64,000 bases of DNA, from positions 992,001 to 1,056,000 of the forward strand of contig CAWJTV010000011.1 of the NCBI GenBank assembly GCA_963845755.1. Direction: 5' to 3'. This DNA comes from an uncultured Planctomycetota bacterium. Lineage in GTDB: Bacteria; Planctomycetota; Planctomycetia; Isosphaerales; Isosphaeraceae. Below the pieces are notes generated by a model. It did not search any database. It saw nothing but the letters and a program-made list of their open reading frames with translations, and was not told where the DNA came from. Shown piece by piece: positions 21,619-31,798 of the stretch. The stretch's first letter is position 1, and each line of letters opens with the position of its first letter. A program made the position numbers and the translations under genes.

Positions 21619-23472
21619 ATGTCGGAATCCGAGGCTCAGCTCGATCGGAGAGGGTTTCTGCTCGGCTCCCTGGCCACCGTGGCGGTCGGGGCGATGGGGA
21701 TCCCTGCCGCTGTTCCCCCGGAAGCCGCCGGCTCCGCGCTCGCACCCACGGTCGAGGAGCGATCCCGCCAGTTCCTCAAGGAATACGTCAACGGCTGGCT
21801 GCCGCTGGAGACGGCGGCATCCGAGGCCAACTGGGCGGCGTCAACCGACGTGAGCGAGGCCCACACCGCCGCGCAGGTCGCCAGGAACCTCGAGGTGAAT
21901 CGCTATGTCGGCGCGCCGCGAGTCATCGACACGGTCCGCGACCTGCTGAGCCACAAGGACGTGCTCCCCGATGTACAGGTCCGCCAGCTCGAGAAGATCC
22001 GGCTCCGCGCCGCCGAGGCGCCGGGCACGATTCCCGAGGTCGTCAAGGCCCGCGCCGAGGCCGAGGCCAGGCAGGGCGCCACCCAGGATGGCTTCGCGTT
22101 CACGCTCCGTCGCGGAGACCAGGACACACCCGCCTCGGCCAACGACCTCGACCGGATCCTGGTCGAGTCGCGCGAGCTGAACGAGCGCCGCGCGGCCTGG
22201 GAGGCATCCAAGACGATCGGCCGTCCGCTCCGCGACGGCCTGCTGCGGCTCCGCGACATCCGGAACCAGGTCGCCCAGGCGATGGGCTTCGACGACTTCT
22301 TCGCGCTCCAGGTCGCCGATTACGGCATGACCGTCCCGGAGATGATGACGCTCTGCGACCGCCTGGTCGCCGAGACGAAGCCGCTGTACCAGCAGCTCCA
22401 CACCTGGGCCCGGCATGCCCTGGCGAAGCGCTATCAGGCCGAGGCCCCGCGCGACGGCAAGATGCCCGCCCACTGGCTCCCCAACCGCTGGGGCCAGAAC
22501 TGGCCCGGGCTGGTCGAAGGCGTCAACATGGACGCACCGTTCAAAGGGAAGCCCCGGGAGTTCATCACCGAGCAGGCCGAGCGTTTCTATACCTCGCTCG
22601 GGTTCCCCAGGCTGCCGAAGTCGTTCTGGGAGAAGTCCGACCTCTACCCGGCCGACCCGAAATCCGGCCGCAAGAAGAATAGCCACGCCAGCGCCTGGCA
22701 CATCGACCTGCGCGAGGACGTCCGCAGCCTGATGTCGATCGAGCCCAATAGCCGATGGTTCACCACCGCCCATCACGAATTGGGCCATATTTACTACTAC
22801 ATTAGTTATTCGACGGCCGGCGTCCCCTACCTGCTCCGCGCCGGGGCGAATCGTGCATTCCACGAAGGGATCGGCGACCTGATCGGCCTGGCGGCCGGTC
22901 AGCGGCCGTATCTCAAGCAGGTTGGCCTCCTGGCACCCGAGGCCGAGAAGGCCGAGCCGGTGACGTTCCTGCTCGACACCGCGCTCGACGGCTCGTCGGT
23001 CGTCTTCCTCCCCTGGTCGGCCGGCGTGATGACGCATTTTGAACGCGACTTCTATGCCGGCAAGATCTCCGACGGCGCCCTGAACGCTGCATGGTGGGAA
23101 TTGGTCGGCCAGTACCAGGGGATCACCCCGCCGGGCGAACGCCCTGAAACCCTCTGCGACGCGGCCACGAAGACGCACATCAACGACGACGCCGCGCAGT
23201 ACTACGACTATGCGATCGGGACCGTGATCAAGTTCCAGCTCCACGATCACATCGCCCGTGAGATCCTCAAGCAAGACCCGCGGGAGTGCAACTACTACGG
23301 CAACAAGCGGGTCGGCGACTTCCTCCGCGGCATCCTCGCGGCCGGCGCGACGAAGGATTGGAATGCCGTACTACGCGAGGCGACCGGCGAGGGAGTCTCC
23401 GCCCGCGCCCTGGTCGCCTATTTTGCGCCACTGGCCCAGTGGCTCGAGCACGAGAACCGGGGACGCTCTTGA
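21619..23472 (+). CDS. M2 family peptidyl-dipeptidase A (ACE-like), Tat-exported
   Basis: DRRGFLL Tat motif; HASAW, HHELGHIYY, GANRAFHEGIGD, MPAHWL, KFQLH; RBS AAGGAG. Confidence 0.93.
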   Translation: MSESEAQLDRRGFLLGSLATVAVGAMGIPAAVPPEAAGSALAPTVEERSRQFLKEYVNGWLPLETAASEANWAASTDVSEAHTAAQVARNLEVNRYVGAPRVIDTVRDLLSHKDVLPDVQVRQLEKIRLRAAEAPGTIPEVVKARAEAEARQGATQDGFAFTLRRGDQDTPASANDLDRILVESRELNERRAAWEASKTIGRPLRDGLLRLRDIRNQVAQAMGFDDFFALQVADYGMTVPEMMTLCDRLVAETKPLYQQLHTWARHALAKRYQAEAPRDGKMPAHWLPNRWGQNWPGLVEGVNMDAPFKGKPREFITEQAERFYTSLGFPRLPKSFWEKSDLYPADPKSGRKKNSHASAWHIDLREDVRSLMSIEPNSRWFTTAHHELGHIYYYISYSTAGVPYLLRAGANRAFHEGIGDLIGLAAGQRPYLKQVGLLAPEAEKAEPVTFLLDTALDGSSVVFLPWSAGVMTHFERDFYAGKISDGALNAAWWELVGQYQGITPPGERPETLCDAATKTHINDDAAQYYDYAIGTVIKFQLHDHIAREILKQDPRECNYYGNKRVGDFLRGILAAGATKDWNAVLREATGEGVSARALVAYFAPLAQWLEHENRGRS

Positions 23473-23586
23473 ATTCTCCGGATTCGGTAGGGTGCTCCGT
23501 GAGGACCGGGGCGGGCGGGCTCGACTCTTCGATGCTCACAGAACGCCCTACGAACCGCCCTCGAGGCTTCTCGTACACCCTCTGAA

Positions 23587-24261
23587 TCAGTAGTCCCTCT
23601 TGTCCGATCGAGCCGCGTATTCTTTCCACACATCCACCGCCTCCGAACGCAACAAGCTTGCCTCAGGCATGGCGCGCTCCGCGGTCGGTTTCAGCAACTG
23701 CGCGTAGATGAATTCGTCATCAAAGTTGCCGTACTTCTTGGAATCGCCGGCGGTCGCCCCGTAAACGATGCCATCCAGCGCGGCCCAGTACGACGTAGCC
23801 AGGCACATCGGACACGGTTCGGAGGACGTATAAAGAATACAGCCGTCGAGTTTCGGCGTTTTTAGCAGGGCGCACGCCTCGCGAATGGCTTGCATCTCGC
23901 CGTGCCATGTGGGGTCGTTCTGGGCGACGACGTGATTCATACCGTCGGCGATCACGGTCCCGTCCTTCGTCACGATCACCGCACCGAAGGCGCCACCCGT
24001 CTTGTACTCCACACCGGCCTTCCGCGAATTGGCAATCGCCCGGCGCATGAATTCTTCGTGCTTCGCCCTGGGGAAGCGCGCCATGATCTCTCCGACGCTG
24101 ACGGTGGCCTTGTCGCTGGGGACTTGAACGAACGCCATCGCCATCTGGGGCCTCGATGCCTGGACCAGCCAGAAGATCCCGAAGGCCAGGACGCCACCGA
24201 GGATCACACCCAGGCTGATCCGTCCTCTACGGGTTCTCAGACCCTCTTGAAGCGAGTTCAT
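23587..24261 (-). CDS. Nucleoside/guanine deaminase (CDA-fold zinc enzyme) with an N-terminal TM/signal segment
   Basis: GAFGAVIV, DPTWHGEMQAIREAC, LYTSSEPCPMC, FDDEFIY; RBS AAGGAG. Confidence 0.88.
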   Translation of the reverse strand: MNSLQEGLRTRRGRISLGVILGGVLAFGIFWLVQASRPQMAMAFVQVPSDKATVSVGEIMARFPRAKHEEFMRRAIANSRKAGVEYKTGGAFGAVIVTKDGTVIADGMNHVVAQNDPTWHGEMQAIREACALLKTPKLDGCILYTSSEPCPMCLATSYWAALDGIVYGATAGDSKKYGNFDDEFIYAQLLKPTAERAMPEASLLRSEAVDVWKEYAARSDKRDY

Positions 24262-24325
24262 GAAGCGATCTCCTTAGAATTGGCACTGAAGGAGGGAGCG
24301 GAATCACCACATTCGGTTTGATGTG

Positions 24326-24341
24326 GCGAACATCATGCCGA
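24326..24341 (-). promoter_or_regulatory. Possible sigma-54 promoter for the deaminase
   Basis: Minus strand TCGGCATGATGTTCGC has GG-N10-GC spacing; imperfect match to TGGCAC-N5-TTGC. Confidence 0.3.
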
Positions 24342-24538
24342 TTGCAACTGGCCGGGAGGCTGACATCGAGTCCCAGCTCAACCCTAGAACGCATGTTTCC
24401 ATGTGAGGGAGAAAAACCGACATGCGAAGGACAGGCGGCATCGCTCCCTTAGCCGCCGAACTGCTTCACCGGCCGCACGAGGCGGCCGGGGTCTGATCTC
24501 AGCTCTGATTTGCCATCCGCGGAGACTGAAGACCGGTC

Positions 24539-27500
24539 TTACTGTACCCCTTCGACCAGGGTATTCATGATGGCCTGGAACTCGGGCCGAGACTCCAGGA
24601 CCTTGATGTCGCGATCGGCCTTGATCGACTCGGACAGCTTGGGGTTGGCATCGATCGCGTCGCGGAGCAGGACGACGGTGCGCGTGAGGTGGATCCGCAG
24701 CAAGCGTGCGCGCTCCTCCTGATGGAGTTTCTCATCGCCGCCGGCCTGGGCGACCAGGCGCGCCAGGAGCCGGGCGGCATCGAAGCAGGCCTCCGGACGA
24801 TTGGCGGATGGGACGATCTTGGGCGCCTCGAGGGCCAGCCGGGCCGCGTCGTCGTAGGCGCCGAGCTTCCGGTTGAGCTCGGCCAGGTGGATGAGGTGCT
24901 CGGCCAGCTTGAGCCGGAAGACCGGGGCGTTGTTGCTGAGCCGGACGGCCTGGCGCTGGTGCTCCACGGCGGCCGTCAGTGCGGCCCGGGCATCGGCCGG
25001 CTTGCCGGTCCGATCCAGCCATTCCGCCTGCCCGTCCAGGACGACCCCGAACGCATAGTGAAACTCCATCGACCGGGGAGCCTCGGCCAGGACCTTGTCC
25101 AGGTTGGCGACCGACTGGGCGAAAAATGGCCCGGCCTCCCCCATGCGCCCGGCCGCGATCGCAGCTCGCGGGGCGTCGTTGTTCGGGACGATCGCCAGCC
25201 GTGGCCGCTGGTCCGGGCTGAGGAAATCGGCCAGGTTGTTCTGGGCGATCGCCAGGTTGTAGCGGTCGTTGAGCGTCCCCGCCTGGACCGGCCAGGAGCT
25301 TCTCCGAGATCGCGATCGATTGACGGAACGCGTCCTCGGCGCCGGCGCGGTGCAGTTGGCCCAGGTTACTGAGCACCTCGGCCTGGATGCGCAAGTTGTC
25401 GGACGTCGCGGAGTCGTCGGCTTTCGGAGCGAGCAAGGCCAGGGTTTGGCGATAGCGCGCCTCGGCCTGCTCGGGCCGGCCGGCACTCGCCAGGGCCGTC
25501 CCCAGGTTCTGGAGACAGCGGGCCTGGCCGATCCGGTAGTCGAGGTTTTGCGGATGATCGGCCACCAGCTTCTCGTAGAGTCCCAGCGCGGTCTCGAAGG
25601 CCGGCAGGGCCTTGGCCGGCTCGATCTCCTGCTGGGCGAGGCCCAGGTTGACCAGGTTCGTCGCCAGGGACTCGCGATACCGGGGCTTATCGGCCATCGC
25701 CTTGACCAGGGCCTCGTTGATCGATCGGGCCTGGAGGTAGGAAGGGATCGCCTGATCGAAGAGCCCCTTCTTGCGCAGGACCTCGCCGAGATTGTTGTGG
25801 TCCTTGGCCAGGTCGAGCCGGATCTGCACGTCGTCCCGGGACCTGGCGAGGATGGCGTCGTTGACGTCGATCGCGCGGCGGAGGAACGGCTCGGCGGCGC
25901 CGATCTGGCCCTGCAACTGGAGGACGTTGCCGAGGTTGGTCAGGGTCCGGGCCAGCTCGCGCTGATACTCGAGGCGGTCGGGGAAGTCCTGGGCCAGGCG
26001 GTCCACCAGGGGCAGCTCGCGGCGGAACTGGCGATCGGCATCCCCCAGGCGGCCCGAGTCCTGCTGGAGCATCCCCAGGCTATTGCAGGCCCGGGCCATG
26101 GCCTCGCGGTGGCGGGCGATGGTGGGGAACTCGGCGACCAGCTTGTCGAGCAACTGGAGGGCGCGCCGGAAATCTCCCTCGGCCTTGGTCGCATCGCCCA
26201 GCTCGCGGAAGATCCAGCCTCGGGCGTCGAACGTCCAGGCCAGCTCGTCGCGGATCTCGGCATCGCGCTTGACGTCCGCGGCCTGCGTGGCGGCGGCATG
26301 GGCCCGCTCGAGCTCGGCGATGGCCTGGTCGTAGACCGGTCCGGCCTGGGGATCCTTGCCGTTGAGCCGGAGCAGGTCGCCCTGACTCTTCAAGGTCTGG
26401 CCCAGGTGGAGGATGTCCTCGGTCGTGGCCGCCGGATCCTGCTTGATGTCGGCCAGGATCCGCTGGGCGGTTACCGCCTGCTGGTAGAGCTCATCGGCCT
26501 GACCTTTGTCGGCCCCACGGCGCACCAACAGGTCGGCCAGGAGGGTGCGGGTCCGGGCCAACGCCTGCTTCGCGCCCCGGCCCACATCGGCCCGGTCGGT
26601 CAATGGCAGGAGCATCTCGACGGCCTGGCGATACGCGTTCTCCGATTCGGCCAGCCGGCCCAGCTTGCGATGGATATCGCCCATCTGCTGGTAGGCCCGG
26701 CCGTGCTTCAGCCGTACCGACGGGTCGCGCGAGGCCCGGCTGGTGAATTGCTCGTAATAGGCCAGGGCGTTCTTGAGGAATTCCTCCTGGAGCGGGTCGA
26801 GTTTCTCGTCGAAGCCGATATCGGCGACCTTGGTGAGCAGGTTGACGGCGTTGCGGGCCTGCTGGCCCTGGGCCTCGGCCTCGTTGCGCTCCTGCGAGAC
26901 CAGAAAGGTACTGGTGCCCAGGGCGATCGTCCCGAGGATGAGCAGGCCGGCGGCCGTGGACACCAACGTCTTGTGCCGTCGGATCCACCGCGCGGCGCGG
27001 TGGGTCCAAGGTTCGGGGAACGCCTTGACCGGCTCGTCGGCCAGATGGCGGCGGACCTCCTGGGCCAGCTCGGTCGCCGTGGCGTAGCGATCGGCCTTCT
27101 CCTTTTGCAACGCCTTGAGGCAGACGGCCTCCAGGCCCGGCGCGATCTGCGGCACGATCTGGCGCGGCGAGGTCGGGGCCTCGTTGCAGACCTTCTTGAT
27201 CACCTCGGCGGTCTTCGGCGCGACGAACGGCGGCCGGCCGGTCAGGATCTCGTAGAGGATCGCGCCGAGGCCGTAGATATCGGTCCGCTGGTCGACCAGG
27301 TCATGGCGCGCCTGGGCCTGCTCCGGCGCCATGTAGGCCGGGGTCCCCAGCAACTGGCCTTGCATCGTCCCTTCGGGCCCGGCTCCCGACTCGGGGACGC
27401 CCCGATGGCCGGAATTCGAGCCGGGGTGCGCGCTGCCGTTGGAGCTGGGGGCCGGGTGCGCGCTGCCGTTGGAGTTGTGGCTCTGATCGGAGGCCCCTCC

Positions 27501-28522
27501 CGGGAGGGAGCCGGCGCAGGTTGCGTCATCCGGCGTCCCGGGTTGCCTGAAGTCGTCGTCGTCGGCGCCGGCGGCGCAGGTGACGGCGGTCCCGACCTCG
27601 GGGAGAAGTTGTTGCGCCGCGTCGTCGGGGGCGGTCACGCTCTCGCCCGGCATCGGCACCCGCGAAGGGTCCGGGCCGACGCGCTTGGCCAGCCCCCAGT
27701 CGAGCACGATGACCTCGCCGAAGTCGCCCAGGACGATGTTCTGACCCTTGAGGTCGCGGTGGATGATGCCCCGTGAATGGGCATAGGCCACGGCGTGGCA
27801 GACCGCGGTGAAGTTGGTGAGCAGGTCGACCAGTCCGACCGAGTCCGCCTGGCCGGCGACCCGCTTCTTGTGATACGCCCGGATCGCCTCGCTCAGCGTC
27901 CGGCCCCGCACGAACCGCATGGTGTAATACGGGACACGGCCCTCGCCCAGCTCGTAGACCGGCACGATCCCGGGATGCTCGAGCTGCGCCGTGATCTTGG
28001 CCTCGTAGAGGAATCGGGAGCAGACGATCGTGTTGTCCGACTGGTCGGGGCGCAGTTCCTTCAGCGCGATCTGGCGGCCCAGGGCGCCGTCGCGCGCAGC
28101 CAGACCCGGCCCATGCCCCCCTTGGCGTGCAGGTGGGTCAGCGTGTAACGCTCGCGGCTCTCCGTCTCGCCCGGCGACAGCGTGCCCAGCACGACGTGGC
28201 CGCCCTGCGCCTGCGCCAGCTTGCCCTCATTCACGCCGACCGCACCGGCGACCTCACCGATGGCCTCCAGCGACCGGCCGTCCATGGTCGCCGCCAGGGT
28301 CGCCTGGGGATCGCCCCCGTGGCTCTCCAGCTCCTGCGCCACGGTCTTCTCCAACTCGACTCGTTGCTCGTCGGTCATCAGTCCGCGATCGACCATCAGA
28401 TCGGCCAGTTCCTGCGTCGGCTCCGAGGCCCACGCCGCGCAGGTCTCGGCCAGACAATCCGCGTCGACCGCGCCGTTCTGGAAGGCCACGACGCCGAAAA
28501 GCAGGTTGCGCTCGGTATCCAT
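24539..28522 (-). CDS. Ser/Thr protein kinase with TM helix and long TPR array; frameshifts near 28090 and 25285
   Basis: Planctomycete-type N-terminus RNLLFGVVAFQ; AKGGMGRVW, HRDLKGQN, DWG, GTPAYMAPEQ; many TPR-like repeats. Confidence 0.92.
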
Positions 28523-28888
28523 GACAGCCTCACGATCGGGTCAGACAGAGCACCAGTCCAACGAATACGTTCCTCGAGGTCCGGTCCCGGACGATCCCAA
28601 GCCTCAGCTTCGAGTCGCCATCGCCGTCGATTCCTCGGACGCGATGGACCTGATCCGGAATCTCGATCCTGGATGACCGATCCGTCGGTTCTGGACCTCT
28701 TTCAAATCGCGTAGTTTAACGGATTTCCGACGAGTTGAGAAGCCTCCACCGGCCGGATCGCCGGGGGCAGGGCAGGAGGGGAAATGCGGAAGGTGGGACG
28801 TGGCATGAAGATGTGATGAGACCGAACGCAAGGGGGAGCCTGGCGGTCGCCGGGCTCGAATCTGGGGTCGGATTTCGCGGGAAATGAA

Positions 28889-28920
28889 CTCAGAGTCCCC
28901 AAGAGAAGGGGGACTCTGAG
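28889..28920. terminator. Perfect 12-bp stem-loop downstream of the M56 gene
   Basis: CTCAGAGTCCCC-aagagaag-GGGGACTCTGAG. Confidence 0.5.
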
Positions 28921-28998
28921 ACGGCCGGTGAGGGCGACGGGCCGGCATCCGTTCCGGCCCGGGACGGCTCGCCCTGAGGTTCTACGGTTTGCGGGGCC

Positions 28999-31075
28999 TC
29001 AATCCTTGTCGTCGTCCCTGAGAGCCTTCAACTCCTCGGCGAGCTTGGCGATCTGCGCCTCCAGGGCCGCGATGCGACGCTCGCGCCGGCGATCCCTGGC
29101 GGTCGCGGCCTCGTTGGCCGGCCTCGTCTTGCCTCTGGCCGTCTCGATCGCGGATCTCGCATTCCCGAGATCCTTGCGATTCTCGGCTCGTTTCATATCG
29201 GCGTCAACTTTCTTGTTCACGTCTTCAGCGATTTTCTTCGCGAAGTCGGAGCCGGCGCCGAACTTCGCTTCCATCTCCTTGCCGAGATCCTTCATGCTCT
29301 TCTCGAAGTCGGAGCCGGGGCCCAGCTTGCCTTCCAACTCCTTGCCGAGATCCTTCATCTTCTTCTCGAAGTCGGAGCCGGGTCCGAACCTCGCTTCCAT
29401 CTCCTTGCCCAGCTTTTTCATCGCCTTCTCGAAGTCGGAGCCGGGTCCGAACTTCGCTTCCATCTCCTTGCCCAGGGCTTCCATCTTCTTCTCGAACTCG
29501 GGGCCGAACTTGCTCTCGATCTCCTTTTCGATCTTCTCTCCCAGAGCTTCCATCTTCTTCTCGAAGTCGGGGCCGAACTTGCCCTCGATCTCCTTTTCGA
29601 TCTGGGAGAGGTCGAGATCCTTCTTGTCTTTCTTCACGTCGGCCTTGGCCTTGGCCTCAGCCTTGACTTTGGCCTTGGCCTTGTTTCGCGTCGGCCTGAG
29701 CCTTCCTGGCTTCGGCCCTGGCCTTCCTGGCTTCGGCCCTGGCCTTCGCCTTGGCCCGAGCATCATCGTCGTCATCGTCATCATCATCGTCGTCCGCATC
29801 GTCGTCGTCGTCATCGTCGTCTGCATCATCGTCATCGTCATCGTCGACGACGGAGGCGGTGGCGACCGGATCGACGGTCGTGGCCGGGGCCGCGATGGCG
29901 GGCGTTCCGTTCGATTCGTCCGCGACCGGCCGCGCGGCCGACCAGGACGGCAGGGCGAACACGGCCAGGAGGCACGCGATGAGGAGACTCAGGGGTGAGA
30001 GCCGGCAGGGTACGTGGTCGTGCAAGATCATCGTCAATCGCCTTTCGAAGAATCGGCCCGAGCCGGCGACACCCAGCGCGGGCGTGGGCGGCTTGGCCAG
30101 GGACAGGGTCGAACAGATCTGGAAGAGTGCTTCGGCGTAAGTCAGACGGTCCTTGGGGAGAGCCCAGACGACCCAGGCATCGCAGGCCAGCTCGGCTTCG
30201 GCGTCGAGTCGGGTGCGGGCCAGCCAGTAGACGGGGTTCCACCACCAGATCAGGCCGGCGGCCAGCTCGAGCCGGCTGACCCAGTGGTCGCCGCGGCGGA
30301 GGTGGGCCAGCTCGTGGGCCAGGATGCCGCGCCATCGCTCCAGGTCGAGCGATTTCACGAGTGGCGCCGGCAGGAGCAGCTTGGGCCGGCCCAGGCACCA
30401 GACCAACGGTGTACCCAGGTCGGGGACGACCAGAAGTTCGGGCACGCGGACGCCCAGCCACCGGCCGATCCGTTGCGCCTCATCGACCAGGTGGTCCGGC
30501 GCCGGCACGGCCGATCGGAGCCGGCGGTGAAACCGGACGATCCGAGCCGCTTGACCGAGCCCCAGCAGCACGCTCAGGGTTAACCAGGTGAAGATCAGCC
30601 CGCGCACCAGCCAGCCCGCGGCCGCCGGCACCTCGGCCGTGGCCGGTTGGTCCTGGGGGGATTCGGCGGCGATCACGATCGTCTCGTCCAGATCGTCCGG
30701 GAATTGTTGCGGAACACTCGCCAGGTCGCGGGCGTCGGGCCGAGACGAGGAGAGGTCGATGCGCCAGGGAATGACCGTGGAGGTTGTCGGTTCCGAGGGG
30801 AGCACCGGCGCGACCATCAAAGGGCACGGGACCGTGCGATCGGCCGCCAGGGATGAGGTGCGCACGGCCGTCGCCGCGAGGAGGGATCCGTCGCCGGTTC
30901 CCCAAGGGCTGGCCCAGGGCCAGCTCACCAGCGGCGGGGTCATCAACTTGATCAGGACCACGAGCCACAATGCGTGCCGGGCCGTCGGACCGATCGGCCG
31001 TAACCGGCTCGCCAGCGCCGCGACCACCGCCAGGCCCGACGCCACCAGCGTCGTCTCCGCGAACCATCCCAGCAT
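28999..31075 (-). CDS. BlaR1/MecR1-like M56 metallopeptidase with Asp-rich linker and helical-repeat C-terminus; frameshift near 29685
   Basis: RHALWLVVLIKLMTPP, ILAHELAHLRRGD, WWWNPVYW, EAELACD, FERRLTMIL; C-terminus continues in the frame of ORF 28999..29841. Confidence 0.88.
29235..29600 (-). repeat. Intragenic 63-bp tandem repeat (21-aa unit FEKxMKxLGKEMEAKFGPGSD)
   Basis: Four full units plus two variant units visible in DNA and protein. Confidence 0.88.
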
Positions 31076-31164
31076 CGGAGCACCTCCCGGTGAGTGTTCA
31101 GTCGGTGAGGAACCGACCGCGAGATCGTTTCTCGATCCACTGAAAACCGACAACTGAACACTGC

Positions 31165-31585
31165 CTACTGCGTCTGCTTCGATTTCGTCGGCGGGGGATC
31201 CCTGGGCCGCGGCCTCGTCGAGCAGCCGGCGCATCCGCGCCAACTCCTCGGCCGAGAAGCGGCCGCCCTGCACCAGGGCCAGGACCAGCGGCGCGGCGCG
31301 GCCGTCGCACAGCTCGTCCGCCGCGTCCTTGAGCCGGCGTTCCAGCAGCTCGTCCCGGGTGACCGTCGCGCGAAACACGTGCGGCACCATCGACGGGTCA
31401 CTGGCGACATATTGCTTGGCGGCCAACCGCTGGAGCAACGTCGCCACCGTCGTGTACGCCCATCGCCGGCCCCGTTGCGCCAGCTCGGCGTTGATCGCGC
31501 GGACCGTGCCCGGCCCCCGGTCCCACAGCACCCGCAGGACCTCGCGCTCCGACTCGCTCAGACCCGGCTGATTTCCCGTCCCCAT
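31165..31585 (-). CDS. BlaI/MecI/CopY family transcriptional repressor
   Basis: LSESEREVLRVLWDRGPGTVRAI, WAYTTVATLLQRL, FSAEELARMRRLL; RBS AGGAG; probable true end PTKSKQTQ-stop after an indel in the G-run near 31195. Confidence 0.9.
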
Positions 31586-31627
31586 GTCCGCTCCTACCGC
31601 ATCGTCCTGGTTTTCGCCGACGTCCAT

Positions 31628-31664
31628 CTACAATCTGTAGTAGGCAGATTACTACAAGCTGTAG
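31628..31664. promoter_or_regulatory. Two BlaI-type operator palindromes
   Basis: CTACA-ATC-TGTAG (31628-31640) and CTACA-AGC-TGTAG (31652-31664) directly upstream of the repressor gene. Confidence 0.8.
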
Positions 31665-31798
31665 GAGGATTCAAGAGCAATTCGCGGGGAGTGGGAAAAT
31701 ATTTCCGGGGGGGAGATGGCCGGAAAGCCGGCGCGGGAAACCCAACGGCCGGATAGAATCGAAGTCTCGAGAGATCCGTCCCTCGTGGGGAGGTGGCC

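Noticed and set aside
25269..27776. Long antisense ORFs (also 463..2106, 2613..4208, 6164..7636, 58459..60663 and others)
   Set aside because: Shadow frames of real genes in high-GC DNA; no motifs.
29235..29600. Tandem repeats as a possible CRISPR array
   Set aside because: 63-bp in-frame coding units with third-position variation, no unique spacers and no cas genes.
29657..31627. Apparent 656-aa BlaI-M56 fusion protein
   Set aside because: The linker has a separate RBS (GGAGG) and ATG at 31075 plus short intergenic-type repeats; another frame ends PTKSKQTQ-stop at 31165 after a G-run, so a single indel explains the read-through.
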